The position numbers and the translations under genes were made by a program. A stretch of 34,856 nt of DNA, taken from a virus (Duplodnaviria; Caudoviricetes). Within the stretch, counting starts at the first letter, position 1. Every line of letters begins with the position of its first letter. Positions 25,530 to 33,368 of the stretch are shown in pieces. The notes under the pieces are model-generated. The model did not search any database. It saw nothing but the letters and a program-made list of their open reading frames with translations, and was not told the origin of the DNA. The DNA is taken from the IMG/VR virus record IMGVR_UViG_3300037962_000142, positions 1-34,856 of that record. One strand, given 5' to 3'.

Positions 25530-25732
25530 TAGTCTTTATAGCCCCCGCCAGCATCTTTATAACGCTTAGCCAACATCTGGGCTTTACGAGCAGACCACTG
25601 CCCGGGCTTGCCGCCCTTGCCGCCCGACTTTATCTCATTAAAAAGCCTCTTGCGTAAGGCTGGCTTCGTATAGTTGCCAGCCTCATTTACGCGAGATTTA
25701 GCCTTTTTCTTGGCTTTCTTTTTTGCTGCCAT
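25529..25732 (-). CDS. Small Lys-rich protein (67 aa)
   Basis: YTKPALRKRLF...GGKPGQWSARKAQMLAKRYKDAGGGY. Confidence 0.7.
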   Translation of the reverse strand: MAAKKKAKKKAKSRVNEAGNYTKPALRKRLFNEIKSGGKGGKPGQWSARKAQMLAKRYKDAGGGYKD

Positions 25733-26139
25733 TAGCCGTAGCTTTTCGACACTTCCATGACGATGTTGTAAACGTCGCCACTACTATGTCCTACAGTTGT
25801 AAAGGCAATGTCTCCTGTTTTCCCGGACCCCGAGTTATTCGGGACGCCAGAAAAATCAGAGAAATCTAGGGTGTCGCTCCAGTCGGCATTCAATTGCCAT
25901 GCGAGTACGTCAGTAGTCGCGTCAAAGAAAATCTTCACCCCCATACCAATGGTTGAGTAATAAATTTTCCGAATGCTTACTGACGTACAAGATGCCTTTG
26001 TTAAAGGGTCTGCCGACAAGGAAGAAACGTCGATCTTTACAACCGCCGATTCTCCCGTGCCATCGCTTACATTCGTAAAGCGAAATATGGCTGTGCGACC
26101 ATCATCCTGAATTGTTTGAGTAGCTACTGCATCAGCCAT
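25732..26139 (-). CDS. Virion structural protein (135 aa)
   Basis: AGGAGG SD; beta-rich; FTNVSDGTGESAVVKIDVS. Confidence 0.65.
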   Translation of the reverse strand: MADAVATQTIQDDGRTAIFRFTNVSDGTGESAVVKIDVSSLSADPLTKASCTSVSIRKIYYSTIGMGVKIFFDATTDVLAWQLNADWSDTLDFSDFSGVPNNSGSGKTGDIAFTTVGHSSGDVYNIVMEVSKSYG

Positions 26140-26151
26140 GTATGCCTCCTA

Positions 26152-26676
26152 TTATTGGTCAGCAAATGCTGGAGCAGTTGCGCCAGTCACAGTCCCAAAG
26201 ATTTGATAGTTCGTGCTATCAAGACCAATGATCGTAATGTCGAAAGCTGCAGGAACATTGATCTGAATGCTGCTATTAGAGTTCCCGTCAGAAAACACAA
26301 CACTTACTTCGTTGTCCGTGTCCAAGAAGGTCACGCCACCTTTGTAAAAGTTTGTGTTACCGGGGGTAACAATAAGCGCATCAGTGGCATCTGCCGCAGC
26401 ACCTGCGTAAACAAAACGATAAAAAACACCAGCCGAAGGGGCCGGAAGCGTATAAGTGCTGTCTTGGCTGTTATCGCCAATCAGGTTGATACGTCCGCCA
26501 TTTACGGCAGCAGTCAGTGTTGTGGAAGCGGCGTCGGCCAAAGAGACCGGAGTAACCTGCATGCCAGACCCGTCAAGGGTAAAGGACGTGGTAAACGCTC
26601 CGGTTGTGCTGTTTTTTGAAACGACATCAAAGCCGTTTTCAGACCGGACTGCTCCGGTGAAGGTGGTGTTAGCCAT
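26152..26676 (-). CDS. Capsid-associated fibre/decoration protein (174 aa)
   Basis: MANTTFTGAVRSENGF N-terminus, TYTLPA motif; first gene after the capsid terminator. Confidence 0.6.
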   Translation of the reverse strand: MANTTFTGAVRSENGFDVVSKNSTTGAFTTSFTLDGSGMQVTPVSLADAASTTLTAAVNGGRINLIGDNSQDSTYTLPAPSAGVFYRFVYAGAAADATDALIVTPGNTNFYKGGVTFLDTDNEVSVVFSDGNSNSSIQINVPAAFDITIIGLDSTNYQIFGTVTGATAPAFADQ

Positions 26677-26684
26677 GTGTTTCT

Positions 26685-26735
26685 CCTGTCTTGGCTAGTG
26701 TCTGCTAATGCTCTAGTTGGAACATTACAGTCAGG
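26685..26735 (-). promoter_or_regulatory. Structured 5' leader overlapping the RBS of the 174-aa gene
   Basis: Minus strand: CCUGA-CUG-UAAUGUUC-caacua-GAGCAUUA-g-CAG-acacuagccaaga-CAGG-AG. An 11-bp inner hairpin plus a CCUG/CAGG outer pair that covers part of AGGAG. Confidence 0.45.
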
Positions 26736-26764
26736 GGAAAGATATTAAAAGAACAAGCGACCAA

Positions 26765-26780
26765 TGTTTCACATGAAACA
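26765..26780. promoter_or_regulatory. parS-like palindrome
   Basis: TGTTTCACATGAAACA, a 15/16 match to the bacterial parS consensus TGTTTCACGTGAAACA; intergenic. Confidence 0.6.
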
Positions 26781-26804
26781 CTGGACCAAAAGAAAGGTTA
26801 CAAC

Positions 26805-26828
26805 AAAAAGGGGGCTTTCGCCCCCTTT
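26805..26828 (-). terminator. Rho-independent terminator after major capsid gene
   Basis: AAAGGGGGC-GAAA-GCCCCCUUUUU starting a few nt after the MCP stop; GNRA tetraloop and U tract. Confidence 0.9.
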
Positions 26829-26833
26829 CCGTC

Positions 26834-27772
26834 TTAGCTTGCGCCGGGTGATCCGTAGATACCCAGCGGGTCAGACACACCGAAACTGTAACGAGCGCGA
26901 GCTTTGTAGCGCACGTTGCCAGTATCGAAGTCTCCGTCCATCGAGGTTTCCAGTTCGGTCCGCTCGAAATGCTTCATACCGTTAGGTACGTCCGTAATCA
27001 GGAAGAAAGCATTGCTGTCCGTCAGGTAATGATTAACGCTGTACCCTTCAGGGATTGCACCCATGTTGCGAATAGCGTTGAGATCATTGTCTGCCGTGCC
27101 AACACGCTGAGTTGTTTCAAGCAGGCGATCTGCCGTAAACATCAAAGCGGGAGGAACGATCAGGCGACGAGGACGAGCAGCAATCAACAGACCACGTTCG
27201 TCAGTGAAGGCCGCAATATCAATAATTGCATTCTCCAGAGACGTTTCGTTGAGGTCAGCAGCCGTAGAAGGCCGATTGCTGTTTTTCCCGCCATTGACGA
27301 GGGGGTGACCGTCACCACCAGTTACGCCGTCACCAGATGCGGTAAACAGGTTTACCCCGTCACCTGACTGGTAACTATTCGTGAAGCCATTGTTAAGCGG
27401 GTTAACCGCCTTAACTTGCTTGGTGTAGGCCATAGCCCGAGCAAGAGCTTTGGTGTAACGAGCAGACAAAGAGTCATACAAGTTATCTTCCATAGCTTCT
27501 TCGGTAATGGCGAAGCCCATAGCGATGGTTTCGTGGTTGTAACGAGCCGTGAAAGATTCCTGTGCGGAGTCATAGCTGATGGCAGCGCCCTCAGCTTTAA
27601 CCGGCGCAGCAGCAAATCCTGACAGCTTCACCTCTTCCTCGAAAGAACGATCAGAGCTTTCCGTCTCATAAATGAGAGTGTGCTCATCTTCGTACTTCTC
27701 ATACTCCAAACCAAAAAGAGCATTAAGCCCCGGCAGGAGTTCTTTAAGCATTTGCGCTCTTGAAATTGCCAT
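26834..27772 (-). CDS. Major capsid protein (312 aa)
   Basis: MAISRAQMLKELLPGLNALFGLEY...AITEEAMEDNLY...RRLIVPPAL...NHYLTD...RYSFG; AGGAG SD; terminator follows. Confidence 0.92.
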   Translation of the reverse strand: MAISRAQMLKELLPGLNALFGLEYEKYEDEHTLIYETESSDRSFEEEVKLSGFAAAPVKAEGAAISYDSAQESFTARYNHETIAMGFAITEEAMEDNLYDSLSARYTKALARAMAYTKQVKAVNPLNNGFTNSYQSGDGVNLFTASGDGVTGGDGHPLVNGGKNSNRPSTAADLNETSLENAIIDIAAFTDERGLLIAARPRRLIVPPALMFTADRLLETTQRVGTADNDLNAIRNMGAIPEGYSVNHYLTDSNAFFLITDVPNGMKHFERTELETSMDGDFDTGNVRYKARARYSFGVSDPLGIYGSPGAS

Positions 27773-27785
27773 TGCTTAGTTCTCC

Positions 27786-28373
27786 TTAAACGCCGAGCTT
27801 GGTTTCATAAGCATGACTAAGCGGCAAATAAGTAACGATACAATCAGTGTATGCGTCACCCACAGTGCTGCTTGGCCCGTCTACGAAATCAATGACACGC
27901 AGTGGTAGTGAGTTGGTCGTAGCAATGGAGCCGCCATCTAGGGCGTTCTTGCTTCGACCGATAGAGGTTGATCCAGCGGTGTTAACCGCAGAGACGTTGT
28001 TTCCAAGCCCGGTTTGAGCAATAGCCTCATCGGCCTGCATGCGGAACAACAACTTAGGATCATCAACCACATAACCGACAATATCGCTTGCAGCGGTAGA
28101 TGCTGGGAATTGCTGGTTGAAAGTTTTTTGGTTGGTGCTGGGGTCTGTGTAGGCGCAGCCCACAAAGATACCAACAGTGCCCGCAACGACAGCCGTCGTC
28201 ACTGCAGCCTTTTCCAACGTACCGGCAGCAACTAGCTTCACGAAATCACCGTAAAAAATAGCCGTACCGTACCCACTGGCAATCTTGATATGCCGAACTT
28301 TGCCCGTAAAAGAGCCGCTGGCACTCAGAGTATCAGTAGGTTCTGCCCCCATAGGGGTTGCAGATGTAGCCAT
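27786..28373 (-). CDS. Capsid cement/decoration protein (195 aa)
   Basis: TAIFYGDFV...GIFVGCAY...VVDDP motifs; directly upstream of MCP. Confidence 0.65.
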   Translation of the reverse strand: MATSATPMGAEPTDTLSASGSFTGKVRHIKIASGYGTAIFYGDFVKLVAAGTLEKAAVTTAVVAGTVGIFVGCAYTDPSTNQKTFNQQFPASTAASDIVGYVVDDPKLLFRMQADEAIAQTGLGNNVSAVNTAGSTSIGRSKNALDGGSIATTNSLPLRVIDFVDGPSSTVGDAYTDCIVTYLPLSHAYETKLGV

Positions 28374-28413
28374 TAGTGGCCTCCTTACTAATTAGAAGCC
28401 AACCCCTCTGGGT

Positions 28414-28869
28414 TTAACTTCTGCCAAATGTTGTTCTCGTATTCCTTTCGGGTGCCGAAAGGGGCATACGAGGGTCATTTTCACGCATGAAGTTATTGTC
28501 AACGGACTCCATCTGGTTCGCAGAAACTCTTTGGAAGTGCTCGGTTCGTGACCTGATCTTCTCCTCTGGAGCTTTACAGAGCAGCAAACCGCCAACCTCG
28601 ACGTTACCTTGAAACCTAGAGTTAAAATCTGACTGAATTTCCAGTTCAGGGTGGTCTTCCGCCTTTACAGGTATCCAACCTTCCCGCATAGACCTAGAAA
28701 CGTTTGTGTTGTCAGACTGCCCTAAAATGCTTGTCCGAATCCAACGGAACACCCAGCCATCTTGAGGTTTGGGAGTCGGCAATATAGATGCCGGATTCCA
28801 ACTATCATCCTGCCGGAACTGTTCCTCTTCTCGCGTTTCACTTTCTCTCGGGGTGCGCTCTGTTGCCAT
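28414..28869 (-). CDS. Head-module protein (151 aa)
   Basis: FRWIRTS...REGWIPV...VGGLLLCK; between scaffold and cement genes. Confidence 0.65.
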   Translation of the reverse strand: MATERTPRESETREEEQFRQDDSWNPASILPTPKPQDGWVFRWIRTSILGQSDNTNVSRSMREGWIPVKAEDHPELEIQSDFNSRFQGNVEVGGLLLCKAPEEKIRSRTEHFQRVSANQMESVDNNFMRENDPRMPLSAPERNTRTTFGRS

Positions 28870-28881
28870 TACCTATCTCCT

Positions 28882-29946
28882 TTAGAGCATTTCGGCATGT
28901 TGGGCATACTGTTCATTTGTCAATCCAAGCCGCTTGGCGAGGGCAACTTGGGTAGCCGTTAACCGTACTTTGCGCGGTTTGGCACCGTTGTTCCTTGCGG
29001 AAGGTGCCACCACCGTCGAGGGCTTACTAGCAGTCACGGACGCGCCACGGCTATATGTATCGCCTTGATCCTGCCAGTCATAATTAGGAAATTGTTCTCT
29101 CATGGCAGAGTCGATGTAGTCAAAGTATTCGTTTGACCTAACGTCAATGCCATTGCGGACAGCTTCTTCGTGAGCCCCATAAGCGGCTCCGGTCATTCTT
29201 TCGTGACCTTCCGCCATGAACCACGGATTATTGCCTGCCCATTCTTTCGCCTCCGGGGTAACTTCCACTTGAGGCTGTTGAACTTGTTGCGAACGCTGGG
29301 CAGCGACATCGTGTGCCGCCCTCCTAGCAACGTCCTGCTGGTAAGCCTGTTGCTGATAAGCCAAGGCTTGTTGATTCTGAGACTGCAGATTGTTGTGATA
29401 ACGCTCTATCTCAGATAGCTCAGCTTGCGCCTTTACCATCTGCTCTTGAGTATTTACCACGCCATCGGTATCGCCTTCTTCATAAGCTTTCCGATAACCT
29501 TGCTTTGCAGCATCAAGGTGAGCCTGAGCGCGCTCCCTGATCTGATCAACCAAAGCAGCTTCGCCCCTAGAAATCAGAGACTCTTGCTCCTGATTCTTAG
29601 CGGCATACTGCTGAGCAACCTTGACAGCCTCTTCCCGCATTCGCTCTGCGGCTTCACGCTGTCTGCGCTCTTCATGGTAATCAAACTTGAGCTTGTTTAG
29701 CCTTTTCTGAACTTTCTCAGAATACTGACCAAGCTCCTCATCATTGTCGCTTTCATCGGAACCGGAAGCCTTAGCGGGTCTCCTGTCTTCGGGAGGACGG
29801 TCGTCAATTATTTCAAACTCGTACTCACCAGACTCAGAGCCCCCTTCGGCATCCTTGTTCTTTGTATGCGTAGTCTTTACACCAAAGAACTTTTCTTCCG
29901 CAGAAGCGGGTACATCTTCAAAGACTGCGTCAGTTGCTTCGCTCAT
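28882..29946 (-). CDS. Scaffolding protein (354 aa)
   Basis: Acidic N-terminus, long coiled coil, WAGNNPWF, C-terminal LTATQVALAKRLGLTNEQYA helix pair; between portal and MCP. Confidence 0.7.
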   Translation of the reverse strand: MSEATDAVFEDVPASAEEKFFGVKTTHTKNKDAEGGSESGEYEFEIIDDRPPEDRRPAKASGSDESDNDEELGQYSEKVQKRLNKLKFDYHEERRQREAAERMREEAVKVAQQYAAKNQEQESLISRGEAALVDQIRERAQAHLDAAKQGYRKAYEEGDTDGVVNTQEQMVKAQAELSEIERYHNNLQSQNQQALAYQQQAYQQDVARRAAHDVAAQRSQQVQQPQVEVTPEAKEWAGNNPWFMAEGHERMTGAAYGAHEEAVRNGIDVRSNEYFDYIDSAMREQFPNYDWQDQGDTYSRGASVTASKPSTVVAPSARNNGAKPRKVRLTATQVALAKRLGLTNEQYAQHAEML

Positions 29947-30323
29947 GCCTTAACAATTCCCCGTGGGTCTTCAACCACAGCTTCTACGCTGTCGTCGTTG
30001 ATCAAACGAAACTCTTTGCCGTGAACTTTGAATCGAGTGCCCGAATAAGACCTCATAATGATCCAATCGCCTTCTTTGCAAAAAGAACCGGACGGAAACC
30101 TGTTAGGGTCTTTATAGCAATCTGGACCCATCTTCAAAACCATCCCACAAATAGAGCCAAGCTCTTCTTCTTGAATGGTTTTTTTCGACTTAATAATCCC
30201 GCCCTCGTATTCCGAGTCAGGATTGGGGAGCGCAATCAATATCTTGTACCCCTTGGGGTCAGGAAGTTGATTTGCGTTGCGAGACTCTTCAGTCTCTTCT
30301 AGTTGCTGAGCAGCTTCGCTCAT
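29943..30323 (-). CDS. groES: Co-chaperonin GroES (Cpn10)
   Basis: PKGYKILI...GGII mobile loop...VLKMGPDCY...EGDWI...YSGTRF...RLINDDSVEAVV. Confidence 0.88.
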   Translation of the reverse strand: MSEAAQQLEETEESRNANQLPDPKGYKILIALPNPDSEYEGGIIKSKKTIQEEELGSICGMVLKMGPDCYKDPNRFPSGSFCKEGDWIIMRSYSGTRFKVHGKEFRLINDDSVEAVVEDPRGIVKA

Positions 30324-30333
30324 TATTTCTCCT

Positions 30334-30385
30334 TTGCATCGGGATAACGCCCGAAGTCGTTTGCACTGGGTAACGCCCAGAGTCG
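30334..30385 (-). promoter_or_regulatory. Tandem pair of hairpin repeats abutting the groES RBS
   Basis: Minus strand: CGACU-CUGGG-cguua-CCCAG-UGCAA, then CGACU-UCGGG-cguuau-CCCGA-UGCAA, then AGGAG. Confidence 0.65.
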
Positions 30386-30403
30386 CTTGACTCTTACACT
30401 ACT

Positions 30404-30601
30404 TCACTGCGCCTGCTCATATCGAGCTTTGGCGTCAAGGATTTCTCGCTCTGCTTGAGCCAGACCCTGAATTATTCCACAACACTTTGTGTATTCTGCG
30501 TAATCTTTACATCCGCCGCCACTAAGGTGGTCAACAGCGTCATTCATCTGGTCCATTATATTGGACCGCAAATAATTAAAGATGTCTAGTTCCTTGGTCA
30601 C
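30404..30601 (-). CDS. Small helical protein between portal and groES (65 aa)
   Basis: GTGA overlap with the portal stop; DYAEY...GIIQGL. Confidence 0.65.
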   Translation of the reverse strand: MTKELDIFNYLRSNIMDQMNDAVDHLSGGGCKDYAEYTKCCGIIQGLAQAEREILDAKARYEQAQ

Positions 30602-33069
30602 TTGTCGCCCATGAACTCTTTGGCGATCTCTATGCCCAGCTTAGCGCCCTCTAATTGGTCTTGGGATGCTATCCGTGCACTCTCCAATTCTTCCTTTGTG
30701 TTGGTTTCAGCGACCTTAACACCCAGTTTAGCCTGCTCAATCCTTTCCTGCTGATCCAGTTTCTCTCTATCCAGATCAGCTTTTGCCGCAAGCTTCTGCA
30801 TATCAAGCTGAATTTTTGCCATTTCTGCCTGAGCTTTTTGCTGAACCTCTTGCTGCTTAATTTGAAGCTCTTGCTGTTGCATTTGAATGACAGGGTCTTG
30901 CATTTGCTGCTGCATTTGCTGGGCCTGTTGTTCCTGAGCCGCTTTGCCTGTTACCTGAGCCGCCGCAGGCGCAACAAGTTTAGAAATCCTAAACTCAATA
31001 TCTTCTGGCAGCGACTCATCAGGCGCAGGAAGTTCCATACCAAGCTCTTTTTCGATCTCTTGACGGTACCTGAACGCCAAATGCTCCTGAACATGCGCCG
31101 CTAATTCCGCCTGAGCCTTCTGAGCATTGGGACTCTTGCCCAAAATCTCCATGATCTTTGGATTCTGGGTAACCGACATATGAGTTTGGATATGGGCCTC
31201 ATGATCTTGGTAAATAAACGCCTTAACCGGCTTACCATTGATGATGTCCATGTTTTCACTGACAGGATCGGTCGGCTTCATGTCCTTTTCAGTAGGAACA
31301 ATCTGATCTGCGTCCTGAATACCCAAAACATCCAGCATTTGCCGGTGCAAAAGAGGCATGTCGTACATTTGCGGAGCCTGTGCCGCCAATTGCAGCGCCG
31401 CTTGGTACTGCATAATGCGCTGAGCCATCGTTCCAGCGTTCGGATCGCTAACTGGAATGATGTCAACGCGGTCATCGAAGTCTTCGGCCACCAAATCCTT
31501 GCTATCTTCAAGGTATGGGTACTTTTCGGGGCCAAAATCGCGGACCAAGTTGCTTAATATCCGCAATTCAACGCGCATAGAGGCATGCAAACGGGCCTGA
31601 ATGGCGCTCATGACCTTCATTGACCGCTCAAGTATGGCCAACGTGGTCCCAACCGGGGCCTCGGCGTTCATATCTGCAGCTTTTACGTCTGCTGCAGAGG
31701 CAAATCGACGCCCTTCCTCTACAATATCGCCCATCAACTGATACAAAACGTTGCTTGGCTCTTTGTAGGGCAAGAAACTGATGTTGTCCCGTATTGCGCC
31801 ACCCGGAACATCCACATCCCGGAACTCCCCGGGCATGATTGGGGTGTCATCCCCCTTAATTCGGAGCCCTCTCGACTTCAAACCACCCGGAAGATTGGAC
31901 AATGTGCCTGCATCGACTAGTTGTCGCAGCAATGACGTGGCAGATTTAGCTAATCCGCCAATCATGTGGATCAATCCGAAGCCATAAAAGCCCAATCCGG
32001 GGATATATTGGTAGTGAACAAAGTGCTCACGCTTGGTTTTCAGGCTATCGCCCTCATACCAATTCCGCCGAATCGACAAAATCTCCCTAGAACCAAGGTC
32101 AATAGACACTACGTAAGGCAGCGCAATGCCTGTTGGCTCACCACCCTCTTCGTCCTCAAACCCCGGAAGGTCTAAATTAACCTGAATTTCTAAAATCGTG
32201 TGACGGGAATCAAGTTCATAGCTCGCACTATCCCCCGTCAGGCGGTTGTACTTCTCTTCTACCCGGTCAACGTCTGAAGACGGAGCGCCAAGCTCTATAT
32301 CCCGGTAGAAACCAGACACCTGAAGCTTACGGACATCATTAGTGGTGCGCTTCATGATGTGCGTTGCACGCTCACAGGTCGTCAAATCGGACGCCCCGTA
32401 GCTCACAACAAAGTCTTCTGCCGGTACAAACATGCTGCACGGGCGTCCCATGCTGGGATCGAAGTAGACTTTCCTAAAGGCGCTGCCTGCCAAAGGCAGG
32501 GAAAACAGCATCTTTTCTGTTTCTGACCGATACTCGGTCATCTTCTCCGTAAGAAGATAGTTCAGGTAATCCTGAACCCTGTGGGCCTGACCTTCTTTTT
32601 CATCGGTCAGCTTGCCGACAACAGAAGTCTTAACTGGGCCGCTGGCAGGAAATAGCTCCTGAATAGCTTGGGACTGAAACTTAATTACTGACTCTGACAG
32701 GAGCGGGTGAAAAACACCGCAAGCCCCGTCCCAAGGCGTGGTCCTGTCTTCATGCTTAAGGCCAAGCAAATCCAAACCATCAACATAAGCACGCTCCCAG
32801 TCTGCACGACTTTCCTTGTCAGACTTGAAGAGACCCACCAACTCAGACGCGATGATGTTTAGCTCACCCTCATCAACTACCTCTGCAAGGTTGGCGTCAT
32901 GCGGAAGCATCCCCAACGAAGCCAATGTGCTTGCGTCCGGGTCGAAATCAATGATTACCCCGCCATCTTCTGTTTCTATTGATACAGATTCGGGGTTTTC
33001 AATTTCAACCTCGACACCCGGGCCGTTCCCAACCAGCGGGTTGGAACGAATGGTTCGGTCAATAGCCAT
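30598..33069 (-). CDS. Portal protein (823 aa) with Q-rich C-terminal coiled coil
   Basis: SRADWE...PWDGACGVFHPLL...GSAFRKVYFD...PGLGFYGFGL...RQLVDAGTLSNLP; downstream of terminase. Confidence 0.88.
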   Translation of the reverse strand: MAIDRTIRSNPLVGNGPGVEVEIENPESVSIETEDGGVIIDFDPDASTLASLGMLPHDANLAEVVDEGELNIIASELVGLFKSDKESRADWERAYVDGLDLLGLKHEDRTTPWDGACGVFHPLLSESVIKFQSQAIQELFPASGPVKTSVVGKLTDEKEGQAHRVQDYLNYLLTEKMTEYRSETEKMLFSLPLAGSAFRKVYFDPSMGRPCSMFVPAEDFVVSYGASDLTTCERATHIMKRTTNDVRKLQVSGFYRDIELGAPSSDVDRVEEKYNRLTGDSASYELDSRHTILEIQVNLDLPGFEDEEGGEPTGIALPYVVSIDLGSREILSIRRNWYEGDSLKTKREHFVHYQYIPGLGFYGFGLIHMIGGLAKSATSLLRQLVDAGTLSNLPGGLKSRGLRIKGDDTPIMPGEFRDVDVPGGAIRDNISFLPYKEPSNVLYQLMGDIVEEGRRFASAADVKAADMNAEAPVGTTLAILERSMKVMSAIQARLHASMRVELRILSNLVRDFGPEKYPYLEDSKDLVAEDFDDRVDIIPVSDPNAGTMAQRIMQYQAALQLAAQAPQMYDMPLLHRQMLDVLGIQDADQIVPTEKDMKPTDPVSENMDIINGKPVKAFIYQDHEAHIQTHMSVTQNPKIMEILGKSPNAQKAQAELAAHVQEHLAFRYRQEIEKELGMELPAPDESLPEDIEFRISKLVAPAAAQVTGKAAQEQQAQQMQQQMQDPVIQMQQQELQIKQQEVQQKAQAEMAKIQLDMQKLAAKADLDREKLDQQERIEQAKLGVKVAETNTKEELESARIASQDQLEGAKLGIEIAKEFMGDK

Positions 33070-33368
33070 CAGCCATTCTTTCTAAAAGGTTGGGGCCTTG
33101 CTGCACCACTGCCACGCGCAACATTTGCCTTAGCATTGTCACGCTTGACCGCGCCTGTCGGACCGCCGTTCGCCATCATTTTGGGACTCATGCGAATTTT
33201 GCCACCACCAGCGTAGCCTTTGGTTTTCATCTTTCCGCCGCCAGCAAACCCCATCCCCATGTTCTGAACTTGAAAGGGGTTGCCAGAACTCTTCCTCCCG
33301 CGAGCCGGACCTCCTGAGCTAATTTGGCCACGCCTTGGCCCCTTAGACCTATTAAATTTATTGAGCAT
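33069..33368 (-). CDS. Small basic Gly-rich protein with three [FYM]AxGG motifs (99 aa)
   Basis: FAGGG, YAGGG, MANGG; C-terminal ARGSGAARP; TGATG-coupled to portal. Confidence 0.65.
   Translation of the reverse strand: MLNKFNRSKGPRRGQISSGGPARGRKSSGNPFQVQNMGMGFAGGGKMKTKGYAGGGKIRMSPKMMANGGPTGAVKRDNAKANVARGSGAARPQPFRKNG

Noticed and set aside
26764-26985. Plus-strand ORF beginning MFHMKH
   Set aside because: It arises from the parS-like palindrome and runs antisense through the terminator and MCP.
30334-30385. Mini-CRISPR or CIRCE interpretation of the repeats
   Set aside because: Only two units, a 1-nt gap rather than a spacer, no cas genes, and no match to TTAGCACTC-N9-GAGTGCTAA.
3474-33317. 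Remaining plus-strand ORFs and short nested minus-strand ORFs in the track
   Set aside because: They lie within well-supported minus-strand genes that already tile the region with coupled starts and stops; they read as shadow frames. The 21417-22043 frame is kept as a low-interest finding.
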